This document shows positions 44,909-55,205 of a DNA stretch of 64,000 bases, one piece after another. A program made the translations under genes and the position numbers. The notes under the pieces were generated by a model. That model had not been told where the DNA came from and did not search any database. It saw nothing but the letters and a program-made list of their open reading frames with translations. Numbering within the stretch: the first letter of the stretch is position 1; the number at the start of each line of letters is the position of its first letter. The DNA comes from Tolypothrix carrinoi HA7290-LM1 (GTDB lineage Bacteria; Cyanobacteriota; Cyanobacteriia; Cyanobacteriales; Nostocaceae). The stretch lies in contig JAHHIK010000017.1 of NCBI GenBank assembly GCA_019358935.1, forward strand, positions 1-64,000. Direction: 5' to 3'.

Positions 44909-45243
44909 ATGGATGTAATATTGCGCGTAAATAGCGAAACGCATTCTCTTTCATCTTGAAAGAATGCGTAACTTTATTTGACGCGCTTCGTGAGTATATT
45001 GGTTTGACAGGCACGAAAAAAAGTTGCAATCATGGTGCTTGCGGTGCTTGCACTGTGTCGCGATCGCTTTCTGTGTCATTTAGTCAAGCACTTCTCGCCA
45101 CCGCTCCCGCACAATTACGGAATATGGCTTCGATTGGCGGCAATTTGTTACAATTGACTCGTTGCGGTTATTTTCGCGATACTGCTTTAAGACGCAACAA
45201 GCGTGTACTCAATTCCGGGTGTCCGGCAATTGAGAAGTATTAA
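44909..45243 (+). pseudogene. Fused remnant of xanthine-dehydrogenase-family 2Fe-2S (YagT/PaoA-like) and FAD (YagS/PaoB-like) subunits
   Basis: LREYIGLTGTKKSCNHGACGACTV joined to SQALL...QLRNMASIGGNLLQ.TRC.YFRD; frameshifted 5' part MDVILRVNSETHSL. Confidence 0.85.
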
Positions 45244-45295
45244 TGTCGAAAATATCGGCTTTCTGCGCTCGAAGTTGATTGCGGCTTAGATTTTC

Positions 45296-45341
45296 GTAGT
45301 AAGCGCACAGAGCGCTTTTAAGCACGAAGAGTGCTTACTAC
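45296..45341. repeat. GTAG-type REP-like doublet
   Basis: Inverted near-copy of 7794-7839. Confidence 0.75.
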
Positions 45342-45582
45342 GAATAAGACTTAATGTCGAAAATATCAGATGAATGCAAAACGTCAACGTGTATCAAAGA
45401 CTGTTTATTCTGTATCAAAGACTGTTTATTCTGTGTCAAACACTCCTCAACGGTAATAAAAAGACTGCAACCGTCGTAAAGACGTTCCGCACCGAACCTC
45501 TCTACAATATGTGTGAATTACCGGACATAATATAACTGCCAGCAACCCTGCAAACAAATTACATATCTGAGCCAAACTCAAT

Positions 45583-46698
45583 ATGAACGAGTTACAAGCA
45601 ATTCTCAACGCCTTCGACGAAAGCCAAAAAAACGGTGAAACCTCATACCTAGCAACTGTAGTCAACACCAAAGGCTCAACCTACCGACGTCCGGGTGCAA
45701 AAATGTTGATGACAAATACCGGAAAAATAATTGGTGCAATTAGCGGTGGTTGCTTAGAAAATGATGTCTTTCAACATACTCGCCAAAACATGCACTTCTT
45801 GGAACCGATTGTAGTCACCTATGATAACACTGCCGATGAAGATATCGTCTGGGGATTTGGGCTGGGCTGCAACGGCGTTGTGCAAGTACTTATCGAACGC
45901 TTGGACGTGGAAAGGAAAGTTAATGCGATCGCATTCATTGCTCAATGCTTAAATAATCAACAGCGCGGCGTTATCGCTACCGTCTTCAGTGTGGAGGATG
46001 CGCTGAATGTCAAAGTCGGCTCACGCCTAATTCTTAATTATGATAATAGTGTCATCACTGATATCGAACAAGCAAACTTAACAAAACTTATTATTCAAGA
46101 CGCTGAAGCTGCCCTTTACAATCAGCAAACAACAGTCAAAAAATATCAATTATCAGGTAGCATAGAAGTTTTAATCGAAGTCATCCAACCACCAACACGA
46201 TTAATTATATATGGTGCAGAACGCGATGCTGTGCCTGTAGTTAATTTTGCCAAAGCATTGGGGTGGGATGTTACAGTAATAGATTGCCGATCGCATGAAG
46301 CAACAACAGAACGATTAGCGATCGCAGACAAAGTGATTCTCACCCGTCGGGAAATAGTCCACAAAGAAATAGCTATAGATGAAAACGCGATCGCTGTGGT
46401 GATGACACACAATTATCTCGACGATTTAGAAATTATGAAAACGCTTTTACCATCACCCGCACGTTATATCGGTATTTTAGGACCCAAGCAGCGCACAGAA
46501 AAACTACTTCAAGATTTAGAAGCAGAAAAAATAACTTATAGCAAACAACAACTAGAAAAATTATACGCGCCAATTGGCATCGATACAGGAGCAGATACCC
46601 CCGAAGAAATAGCTCTATCAATCATCGCCGAAATTCAAACAGTTTTAGCAAAACGTAGTGGAGGCTTTTTAAGAAACCGCAATCAACCAATTCATTAA
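45583..46698 (+). CDS. xdhC: XdhC/CoxI family molybdoenzyme maturation factor
   Basis: GSTYRRPGA, ISGGCLE, GLGCNG, MTHNY, YIGILGP, PIG..G..TPEEIA. Confidence 0.92.
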   Translation: MNELQAILNAFDESQKNGETSYLATVVNTKGSTYRRPGAKMLMTNTGKIIGAISGGCLENDVFQHTRQNMHFLEPIVVTYDNTADEDIVWGFGLGCNGVVQVLIERLDVERKVNAIAFIAQCLNNQQRGVIATVFSVEDALNVKVGSRLILNYDNSVITDIEQANLTKLIIQDAEAALYNQQTTVKKYQLSGSIEVLIEVIQPPTRLIIYGAERDAVPVVNFAKALGWDVTVIDCRSHEATTERLAIADKVILTRREIVHKEIAIDENAIAVVMTHNYLDDLEIMKTLLPSPARYIGILGPKQRTEKLLQDLEAEKITYSKQQLEKLYAPIGIDTGADTPEEIALSIIAEIQTVLAKRSGGFLRNRNQPIH

Positions 46699-46727
46699 AT
46701 TTTCGTAGTAAGCACTCTTCGTGCTTA

Positions 46728-47126
46728 CTACATTTTTTTCTCAATAATTTCATAACGTACCAACCTTCTCACATCCTCACCAGACAATCCTAACTCTTGA
46801 CTAATTGCCATTTCTACCTGACTTAACTCTGTAAACGCAAACTCAAATTTTAACTCTTTTAAAGTTGAATTTGCCGTCTTAACTGTCACCGTAGAAAAAC
46901 CTTTAACCTTGTTAATTTCTGCCTTAATTGATAATGTAATTTTCGGAGCTTTTTTTGCTAATTGAATATCAGCACGCAAATATTTATCCGTATTCAAAGA
47001 ACGATTCAACAATTTCTCCGTAACAAATCCACTCCCTGCCCAAAAAGCAAGTCCCAACAAAGGTAAAAGAAGCCAAAACTCCAATCCTAAAGCACGCAAT
47101 ATTTGAAACCATCTAGCTTGTAGCAT
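46728..47126 (-). CDS. Hypothetical membrane protein
   Basis: LGLEFWLLLPLLG TM; likely start MLQARW at 47126, since the upstream part is STRR. Confidence 0.7.
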   Translation of the reverse strand: MLQARWFQILRALGLEFWLLLPLLGLAFWAGSGFVTEKLLNRSLNTDKYLRADIQLAKKAPKITLSIKAEINKVKGFSTVTVKTANSTLKELKFEFAFTELSQVEMAISQELGLSGEDVRRLVRYEIIEKKM

Positions 47127-47128
47127 AC

Positions 47129-47350
47129 TGGGGACAGGGGAGTGGGGGAGTGGGGGAGTGGGGGAGTGGGGGAGTGGGGAGTGGGGGGACAAGGGGGATT
47201 TTCTTTAGGGAAAAGGGAAAAGGGGAAGGGGGAAGGGGGAAGAAAAATATAATACACGTATTCAAATAACTCTTTATTTCCATACCTTTACCCTTTCCCC
47301 TTTCCCCTTTCCCCCTCTTAAAATTGCCCATTGCCCAATGCCCAACCCCA
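47129..47350. repeat. GGGGAGTG and GGGGAAA/TTTCCCC repeat block
   Basis: Tandem 7-8-mers. Confidence 0.8.
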
Positions 47351-47382
47351 ACGAGTAATATTTAATTGTACCGACCTAAGAA

Positions 47383-48066
47383 ATGTTAATTTTACTAGTA
47401 GAAGACGATCCAGCACAATTAGAACCATTGCGTGCTGCGCTGATTAAAGCAGGACATATTGTTGATGCAATTGAAGATGGAGAAACTGCTCAGTGGTTGA
47501 TATCTCAAAAAGATTATGACTTGTTAATTTTAGACTGGATGCTGCCTCAAGTGAGCGGGATTAAGCTTTGTCAAGAATATCGACGAATGGGAAAAACTGC
47601 CCCAGTGTTGATGCTGACCGCTAAAGATACCACTTCAGATAAAGTTATCGGTTTGGATGCTGGTGCAGACGATTATTTAGTGAAACCAATTGATATTATT
47701 GAACTTTTGGCAAGAGTGCGAGCATTAGGAAGGCGATCGCCACAATGGATTGGCGATACACTTAGTTTGGCTTCTTTACATCTTCATTTAACCAACCTAA
47801 CTATACAACGCCATCAAGTAACAGCTCAACTTTCTGGTCGAGAATTTCAACTTATGGAATACATGATGCGTCACCCCCGTCAAGTTTTATCTCACACTCA
47901 AATTGAACAATCACTCTGGGGATGGGGAACAGAACCTGAAAGCAACGCTGTAACAACATTAGTACGCAGACTGCGGCAGCGTTTGCAAACAGTTGGTGCA
48001 AAAGATTGGTTAGAAACAGTTTACGGTATGGGATACCGCCTCAACGTTCCGGAAAACAATGTTTAA
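47383..48066 (+). CDS. OmpR-family response regulator (RppA-like)
   Basis: VEDD, LDWMLP, LTAKD, GADDYLVKP, ETVYGMGY. Confidence 0.92.
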   Translation: MLILLVEDDPAQLEPLRAALIKAGHIVDAIEDGETAQWLISQKDYDLLILDWMLPQVSGIKLCQEYRRMGKTAPVLMLTAKDTTSDKVIGLDAGADDYLVKPIDIIELLARVRALGRRSPQWIGDTLSLASLHLHLTNLTIQRHQVTAQLSGREFQLMEYMMRHPRQVLSHTQIEQSLWGWGTEPESNAVTTLVRRLRQRLQTVGAKDWLETVYGMGYRLNVPENNV

Positions 48067-49288
48067 TCGCAGTCGTCGTAACCTGGCTAATTTGTTCGCA
48101 TTCTCAATGGGGAGCATCCTCATTGTTTTTGCTGGAGTCGGTTATTATCTTGCAGCGAAAGAGCAACTTCAGGCTTTTGATGATGCGCTGTTTGCCAAAA
48201 GTAAAGCGATCGCACAGAATGCACAAGTTAAGCAAAAGTATATTTCTGTTTTAAGCAATCAACTATCCCCGCTCAATAGCGACCTCGTATATGTCCGGTG
48301 GTACAATGCCAACAAACAATTAGTAGAATTTACTGATGCTAATGCTGACAAAATATTAACTGTTGCCCCTGGTTATCAAACTATCCAAACAACTGCAAAA
48401 AAAGAATCGCTCCGGGAGTTAACGTTGCCAGTTATACAAGGTAAGGTGATAATTGGCTATTTGCAAACTGCAACTTCTGTGTCTGCTGTACAAAAGAGTT
48501 TGAATAGATGGCGGTTATTTTTGACACTGGGAGTGCCAACAACTTTAAGTGTAATTGGCATTACAGGCTGGTTTCTGGGGGGACTTGCCATGCAACCGAC
48601 CCGTCGAGCTTACGAGCAATTGCAACGTTTTACGGCTGATGCTTCTCATGAATTACGCGCTCCTGTGGCAGCGGTTTTAAGTAATGCTCAAGTAGCATTA
48701 ATGCCACCATTTGATGAAGCAGAGCAGCGTTTTCGCTTAGAAAATATTGTGGAAATTGCCAAATCAATGAGTGTGCTAATTGGTAATTTGCTGTTTCTCT
48801 CTCGTCATAACGGATCGTTAGACACTGCAAAGTTAAAAAATATTGATTTGGTTGAATTAGTGCGATCGCTCTTAGATAACTACCAACAACAAGCAACTGC
48901 ACAAAACCTGACTTTCTCTGCTCAACTACCAGAATTACCCGTAAACGTGAAAGCCGATGCAGATTTATTAAAACAGGCGATCGTCAATCTACTCACCAAC
49001 GCTTTTAAGTATACCATTACTGGTAGTATTCAAATACGGCTGTTTACACAATCGCATCGAGCGATCGTTCAAGTAGAAGACAGCGGAATCGGCATCCCGG
49101 AGGAAGATTTACCACATATCTTTGAAAGATTTTACCGTGTAGATACCGCACGAGCGCGTCAAACTGGTGGCTTTGGATTAGGATTAGCGATCGCTCAACA
49201 AATTATACAAGCGCACAAAGGGCAAATCACCGCAAAAAGTCTGTTTGGACAAGGTTCCACATTTCAAATAGAATTACCAAATGGGTAA
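48059..49288 (+). CDS. Sensor histidine kinase (RppB-like)
   Basis: [29 protein letters not shown]; overlaps the regulator. Confidence 0.92.
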   Translation: MFNRSRRNLANLFAFSMGSILIVFAGVGYYLAAKEQLQAFDDALFAKSKAIAQNAQVKQKYISVLSNQLSPLNSDLVYVRWYNANKQLVEFTDANADKILTVAPGYQTIQTTAKKESLRELTLPVIQGKVIIGYLQTATSVSAVQKSLNRWRLFLTLGVPTTLSVIGITGWFLGGLAMQPTRRAYEQLQRFTADASHELRAPVAAVLSNAQVALMPPFDEAEQRFRLENIVEIAKSMSVLIGNLLFLSRHNGSLDTAKLKNIDLVELVRSLLDNYQQQATAQNLTFSAQLPELPVNVKADADLLKQAIVNLLTNAFKYTITGSIQIRLFTQSHRAIVQVEDSGIGIPEEDLPHIFERFYRVDTARARQTGGFGLGLAIAQQIIQAHKGQITAKSLFGQGSTFQIELPNG

Positions 49289-49550
49289 TGGGGAATTGGG
49301 CATGGGGAATGGGGAATGGGTAATGGGTAATGGGTAATCGGTTATCGGTTATCGGTAATCGGTTTTCTCCAATTCGCAATTCGCAATTCGCAATTCGCAA
49401 TTCCCAATGCCCAATTCGCAATTCGCAATTCGCAATTCGCAATTCCCAATTCGCAATTCCCAATGCCCAATTCGCAATTCGCAATTCGCAATTCGCAATT
49501 CCCAATGCCCAATTACCCATTACCAATTACCAATTACCAATTCCCAATTC
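49281..49550. repeat. Long inverted STRR block (GGGTAAT ... AATTCGC/AATTACC)
   Basis: More than 30 heptamers. Confidence 0.9.
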
Positions 49551-49677
49551 CTTGACATTATTCTGTCATAGTTACCCATCACACTAAGAAATAACAACAC
49601 CTGAGAAGTCTATGATTTACTCAACATAGACAAAGCTTAGGTTGATTAAGTGAAAACTTAGCAACTCCCTAACAGCA

Positions 49678-49842
49678 ATGCTCAAGAATGGATTTGTACA
49701 CGCTGCGGTGACTGCGGCTACTATAGCAACTTTCCTCGCTGCCGAGGCTGACACAACAAATATACAACATAGCAGCCGTCAGAACAAAAAGCGGCAAAAA
49801 AATAAGATAAGCGCTTTGAAAAAATTGAAGTATAAAAGGTGA
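49678..49842 (+). CDS. Possible 54-aa small protein
   Basis: MLKNGFVHAAVTAATIATFLAAEADTTNIQHSSRQNKKRQKNKISALKKLKYKR; its stop overlaps the next GTG (GTGA). Confidence 0.35.
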   Translation: MLKNGFVHAAVTAATIATFLAAEADTTNIQHSSRQNKKRQKNKISALKKLKYKR

Positions 49843-51059
49843 CTGCTCAATTGAATAAAAACCAAGCAAATTCTTGGTTACATGCTGGGTTGGTGGCTGT
49901 CTTGGTTTCTCTGCCTACAGCCTGTATGCAACCAAATCGCGTTGAAGCTCAATTCAATTCTACATATGTAGATGTGCAAAATTTGGTCAATTTGGGACCG
50001 CGAGTTGCTGGTACACCAGTTATGGAAAAAGCTAGCAGCTACCTAATCGATCAATACCGCAAAGCCGGCTACATCACCGAAATTCAGACTTTTACTTATC
50101 AAAAGTTTGTAGATTTAGGTTCAAACCTGACTGTCGATAATGTCACAATTGAAGGGCAAGCGCTGAATGGTTCAATTCCTGGCAAGTTAAATGCACCGTT
50201 GGTTGCAGTTCCCAATGTTGGACGAAGCGCTGATTTTGCCGCAGTCAATGTTAAAGGTGCGATCGCTCTAGTCAAACGCGGTGAAATTCGCTTTTCCCAA
50301 AAAGCTGAAAACGCTGCCGCAGCCGGAGCAGTTGGTTTGATAATTGTCAACAATCAACCGGGAGATTTATATGGTGGTTCCCTCGGTGGTGAAGCAAAAC
50401 TTCCTGTATTAGGGCTTTCGGCGGAAAAAGGTAATCCCTTAATTGCCCGAACACAAAATACACAAGTTAATCTAAATGTCAATGCTCAACGACAAATTGT
50501 TACTGGGCGCAACGTCATCGCTCATCTTCCAGGTGTGACTCAGCCGAAAGCGATACTGGGCGGACATTACGACTCAGTAGCAGGTTCACCAGGAGCAAAT
50601 GATAACGCATCCGGGACAGCAGTAGTATTGGCGATCGCTCGTAATTTATCTAACACACCTCAAGCGCGTCAAATTTGGTTCGTTGCCTTCGATGGTGAAG
50701 AAGACGGTTTACACGGTTCGCGGGCTTTTGTCAACGCAGCTCAACCACAATTTCTCTCAGGCTTAAAAGGCATGATGAACTTCGACATGGTAGGCATTAA
50801 TAACCAACTTGGTATTGGCGGTACATCATCATTAACCTCATTAGCTCAAGCCTCCCTTCCCCAGATTAAAACCTTTGGTTCCACCAGAGGCAGCGATCAT
50901 GCATCCTTTGCCGATAAAAATGTACCCGTCCTCTTTTTTTATCGAGGTTCAGAGCCAAACTACCACACACCGAACGATAAAACAATAGATCCAAAACTGC
51001 TCGATCAAACCACTCAAGTAGGATTAGATATCGTCAAGCGATTGCTCAAAACTAACTGA
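49839..51059 (+). CDS. M28 aminopeptidase with PA domain, possible lipoprotein
   Basis: LPTAC, VKRG..F..K..NA, GHYDS, GANDNASG, EEDGLHGS, SDH. Confidence 0.9.
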   Translation: MTAQLNKNQANSWLHAGLVAVLVSLPTACMQPNRVEAQFNSTYVDVQNLVNLGPRVAGTPVMEKASSYLIDQYRKAGYITEIQTFTYQKFVDLGSNLTVDNVTIEGQALNGSIPGKLNAPLVAVPNVGRSADFAAVNVKGAIALVKRGEIRFSQKAENAAAAGAVGLIIVNNQPGDLYGGSLGGEAKLPVLGLSAEKGNPLIARTQNTQVNLNVNAQRQIVTGRNVIAHLPGVTQPKAILGGHYDSVAGSPGANDNASGTAVVLAIARNLSNTPQARQIWFVAFDGEEDGLHGSRAFVNAAQPQFLSGLKGMMNFDMVGINNQLGIGGTSSLTSLAQASLPQIKTFGSTRGSDHASFADKNVPVLFFYRGSEPNYHTPNDKTIDPKLLDQTTQVGLDIVKRLLKTN

Positions 51060-51100
51060 TTCGTGAGTGAGGAAAAAAACGCAGGTCTTCAATATTTGTC

Positions 51101-51192
51101 AGAACTTACACAAAAACTCTCTCAAACTCTTATACCTCTGTGTACTCCGCGTTCTCTGCGGTTCGTTTTTCCCTTACCTGTGCCCAAGTCCT
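51101..51192. mobile_element. Degenerate MITE-like element with AGGACTTACGCA-type ends
   Basis: AGAACTTACACA...TGCCCAAGTCCT; similar single ends at 40981 (TGCGTAAGTCCT) and 44082 (AGGACTTACGCA). Confidence 0.5.
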
Positions 51193-51227
51193 ATTGGTGT
51201 TGAATTCATCTTCAAATTAGGAATGCA

Positions 51228-52013
51228 ATGTCTGCTTTATCCTTAAAAAAATCTCTCAGCAATTTGTCTCTAATTTCTCTTGGTGCAGTAGCCGCAGTCT
51301 TCGCAGCACAAATTGTACCCACAAATGCAGTACCATCTCAACAGCCGATCGCTCAATTGCCAACAACCAGCAACACAGATACTAACTTTATAGCCGCTGC
51401 TGTCGAAAAAACTGGTTCAGCAGTAGTGCGAATTGACTCAACCAGAACCATCTCAACTCGATATTCGAGTTATGGAAGGCGGGTACGGGGAACAGGTTCC
51501 GGCTTTATCATTAGATCCAACGGTTTAATTTTGACAAACGCTCACGTTCTTGGTGGAGCCGACACAGTAAGAGTAACCTTAAAAGATGGTCGTAACTTTA
51601 CCGGTCGAGTCTTGGGGCAAGATAGACAAACCGACGTCGCAGTAGTTAAAATCCAAGCTAACAATTTACCCGCTATCAGCATCGGTAATTCCGATCGGAT
51701 AAAACCAGGAGAATGGGCTATCGCGATCGGTAATCCTTTAGGTTTAGACAACACCGTTACAGTCGGCATTATTAGCGGCACAGGTCGCTCCGGTGGTATA
51801 ATTTCCGCAGCAGGTAGGCGAGTTAACTTTATTCAGACCGATGCTGCGATTAACCCAGGCAATTCCGGCGGACCACTCTTAAACCAACAAGGGCAAGTCA
51901 TCGGCATCAATACTGCTATAATTCAAGGCGCTCAAGGATTGGGATTTGCGATTCCGATTAACCAAGCCCAGCAGATAGCCAACCAACTGATTGCCAGAAC
52001 ACCAATTCAATAG
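51228..52013 (+). CDS. HtrA/HhoA-like serine protease without PDZ
   Basis: Signal peptide, TNAHV, DVAV, GNSGGP; ends just after the protease domain. Confidence 0.88.
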   Translation: MSALSLKKSLSNLSLISLGAVAAVFAAQIVPTNAVPSQQPIAQLPTTSNTDTNFIAAAVEKTGSAVVRIDSTRTISTRYSSYGRRVRGTGSGFIIRSNGLILTNAHVLGGADTVRVTLKDGRNFTGRVLGQDRQTDVAVVKIQANNLPAISIGNSDRIKPGEWAIAIGNPLGLDNTVTVGIISGTGRSGGIISAAGRRVNFIQTDAAINPGNSGGPLLNQQGQVIGINTAIIQGAQGLGFAIPINQAQQIANQLIARTPIQ

Positions 52014-52112
52014 TGGGGAAAGGGGAAAGGGGAAAGGGGAAAGGGGAAAAGGTTAAGAAAAATATGCACCTTTCCCTATGAAAGTGTATTCATTTTCTGG
52101 CTGATACCATTT

Positions 52113-52889
52113 TCACAAAACAAAGGTTTCAGCCGCATGTACTGCCACAGCGATCGCATTCAGTACGGCAGTATCTTTCTGTTCTAAAATCACATTTTCA
52201 CTCTTGGTACGCTGGGCAACTACACCACAAACAGCAGCAGCTGCAAATTGATATACTCCCGCCATCTTGAAAAGCGTACCACATTCCATTTCATAATTCA
52301 AGACATTTAAACGGCGATATTCTTCAGTGATGCCATCAAGCGATCGCATTAAATAAGGATTCGCCGAATCAGTGCGTTCCTGTCCTTCATAGAAAGTATC
52401 CACCGATGCCGTAATCCCCATATAATGCGAAATCTCTAACTTGCGTGCAGCATTAACCAACGCTACCGTGAGAAACGGATCGGCAGCTGCGGGATACTCC
52501 ACAGGTGCAATATCATTTGCTGCACCTTGCCGACATAATGCCGCACTGCTAATTACAACACTACCGACAGTTATATAAGGTTGAATTGAACCGCAAGTAC
52601 CAATGCGAATAAATTGCCGGATTCCTACTTGCACCAACTCATTTACCACAATACTCAGAGAAGGCGCACCCATACCACTAGTAGCAGATAAAACGGGGCG
52701 ATTATTTGGCAAATATCCTACATAACTATTAAGTCCGCGATTCTCCGACAACAAACGCACATCCTGCAAATAACTTTCAGCAATTAAACGAGCGCGTTCC
52801 GGATCGCCAGATAATAAAGTTATATTCGGAGGCTGCGAACCTAAATCATCTTGCCCAAAGCCAATGTGATATAAGCGGTTACTTGTCAT
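52113..52889 (-). CDS. udp: Uridine/nucleoside phosphorylase
   Basis: GDPERA, GMGAPS, RIGTCG, DTFY.GQER, NYEME. Confidence 0.85.
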   Translation of the reverse strand: MTSNRLYHIGFGQDDLGSQPPNITLLSGDPERARLIAESYLQDVRLLSENRGLNSYVGYLPNNRPVLSATSGMGAPSLSIVVNELVQVGIRQFIRIGTCGSIQPYITVGSVVISSAALCRQGAANDIAPVEYPAAADPFLTVALVNAARKLEISHYMGITASVDTFYEGQERTDSANPYLMRSLDGITEEYRRLNVLNYEMECGTLFKMAGVYQFAAAAVCGVVAQRTKSENVILEQKDTAVLNAIAVAVHAAETFVL

Positions 52890-53045
52890 AGGTAAATTAT
52901 ATAGCTCGTAGTAAGCGATTTATCGCTTAATTTGGGCACTTTAGTGCCCACTACGATCTCTTATACTACATTATGTATTACAATAAAGATAGTTACCCCT
53001 CATGCGGTGACTGATTGTCATATCACTCATCAAAAGGAAGTCTAT

Positions 53046-55061
53046 ATGATTCCCTGATCGCGCGTCCGGAATATTGGTATATCTGCTCACATTGACTCTG
53101 GTAAAACTACGTTATCAGAGCGAATTCTCTTCTACACGGGCAGAATCCACGCAATTGAGGAAGTGCGGGGAGGCGGAAAGGGCGCAACAATGGACTTCAT
53201 GGACTTAGAAAAAGAACATGGTATCACCATCACCTCAGCGGCGACAACTTGCCAATGGCATGATACCCAAATCAACTTAATCGACACACCAGGACACGTA
53301 GACTTCACGATTGAAGTAGAACGTTCTCTGCGGGTGCTGGATGGTTCCGTAATGGTGCTGTGTGCGGTGGCGGGTGTGCAGTCCCAATCCATCACCGTGG
53401 ATCGGCAAATGAAGCGATATCGCGTGCCGCGTTTGGCGTTCATCAACAAGATGGATCGCCTTGGTGCTGACCCGTTTCGTGTAGTACAAGCTATGCGAGA
53501 CAAGTTGCAATTGAATGCTGTATTACTTCAGTATCCGATTGGTAGTGAAGATAACTTTCAAGGGGTGATTGACCTCGTGGAAATGACGGCTCACTATTAT
53601 CAAGGTGAGAACGGAGAAGATTGGGTGAGAAAGTTAATTCCCTCAGCGCTTGTAGATGAAGCACAACAAGCACGGGAAAAGCTGCTTGACGCTTTATCGC
53701 TGTTCTCAGAAGCAATGACCGAACAGCTGCTAGAAGGTGAGGAAGTTTCCCAAGAACTAATTTGGCAAATTATCCGTCAAGCAACTTTAAGCTTGGAACT
53801 CACTCCAGTGTTGCTGGGTTCGGCATTCAAAAACAAGGGTGTGCAAAACTTGTTAGATGCGATCGCTCTTTATCTACCATCACCTATAGATAGGGAATTA
53901 GTCAAAACCGCAGAATCGGTGAGTATCTATCCTAACCCTGATGATTCTTTAGTCGCTTTGGCATTCAAACTAACTGTAGAATCCTTTGGGCAATTGACCT
54001 ACATCCGCATCTACTCCGGAACGCTGAAACCGGGTGACACTGTATACAACTCGCGTACCGGGAAACGAGTGCAAATCAATCGCCTAGTAAGAATGCACGC
54101 CAACAAGCGAGAAGAGATGCAAGTCGCTGTCGCAGGAGATATTATTGCTCTGTTGAGTGTAGACTGTGCATCCGGCGATACCTTATGCTCAGGGAAACTA
54201 CTATCTTTAGAAAGAATGTTCGTGCCGGAACCAGTGATTACGCTATCGATTATGGCTAAAAAACAGGAATCGGGCGATCGCCTATCCAAAGCACTCAACC
54301 GCTTTCAAAAAGAAGACCCCACTTTCCGCGTTACTCACGACCCCGAATCTAGCGCTACTCTGATTTCTGGGATGGGTGAACTCCATCTAGAAATCTACAT
54401 TGAGCGCATCCAGCGCGAATATAATACCGAAGTTTACGTTGGTAAACCAGCGGTAGCATATCGAGAAACCATCTTGCAAAAAGCTACCTTCGACTACCGA
54501 CTCAAAAAACAGACAGGTGGTTCTGGTCAATTTGCCCACGTTACTGGGTGGATTGAACCAACAAGCGAACCGTTTGTATTTGAGAATCGTGTAGTTGGCG
54601 GTGCAATTCCTAAAGAGTACATCTTGGCTTGTGAGAAAGGTTTCAAAGAGGCGATGCGATCGGGACAACTAGAAGGCTATCTTGTTACTGGGGTAAAAGT
54701 CGTTCTTGAAGGAGGTTCGTACCACCCAATCGATTCAAGTGAAATTGCTTTTCGGTCAGCAGCGCATCAAGCTTTGGAACAAGCTTTTATCAAAGCAAAT
54801 CCTTGCATTTTAGAACCAATTATGCTTGTAGAAGTGGAAACCCCGAATGAGTTTTTTGGAAGAGTTCAGGGAGATTTATCCTCCCGTCGGGGTTTGCTTT
54901 TGGGTTCCGAAACAATGCTTTCATACACGGTGATTCGGGCTGAAGTACCATTAGCAAAGATGTTTGGGTATTCAACAGACTTGCGTTCTCTTACCTCTGG
55001 TATGGCGACTTTCTCAATGGAGTTTGCTTGCTATCGGCAAGCTTTAGCAGTGAAGTCATAA
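53046..55061 (+). pseudogene. fusA: Elongation factor G paralog with in-frame TGA at codon 4
   Basis: ATG ATT CCC TGA TCG CGC GTC CGG AAT ATT, then [15 protein letters not shown] in frame with [12 protein letters not shown] and GELHL. Confidence 0.85.
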
Positions 55062-55073
55062 TCAACACATAAA

Positions 55074-55102
55074 AAAAGGCAGACTTGTATGGTCTGCCTT
55101 TT
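55074..55102. terminator. Bidirectional terminator
   Basis: AAAAGGCAGAC-loop-GTCTGCCTTTT between convergent genes. Confidence 0.75.
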
Positions 55103-55205
55103 CTATTTCCATTTCATTATTATCTTTCTGGGCAAATACAAACTAAATAATCTGGGTAGGGAAGGGGGTGAAGACACCCCAACAAAGTGGTGACAAAGGA
55201 GGAAC

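Noticed and set aside
49227..49587. ORFs with ELRIANC/SQFAIRN repeats resembling a repetitive peptide precursor
   Set aside because: Artefact of the heptamer array, since 21 nt equals 7 aa; no modifying enzymes nearby.
53055..53057. Selenocysteine recoding of the EF-G TGA
   Set aside because: Not a catalytic Cys position, and no evident SECIS; a CGA>TGA change is simpler.
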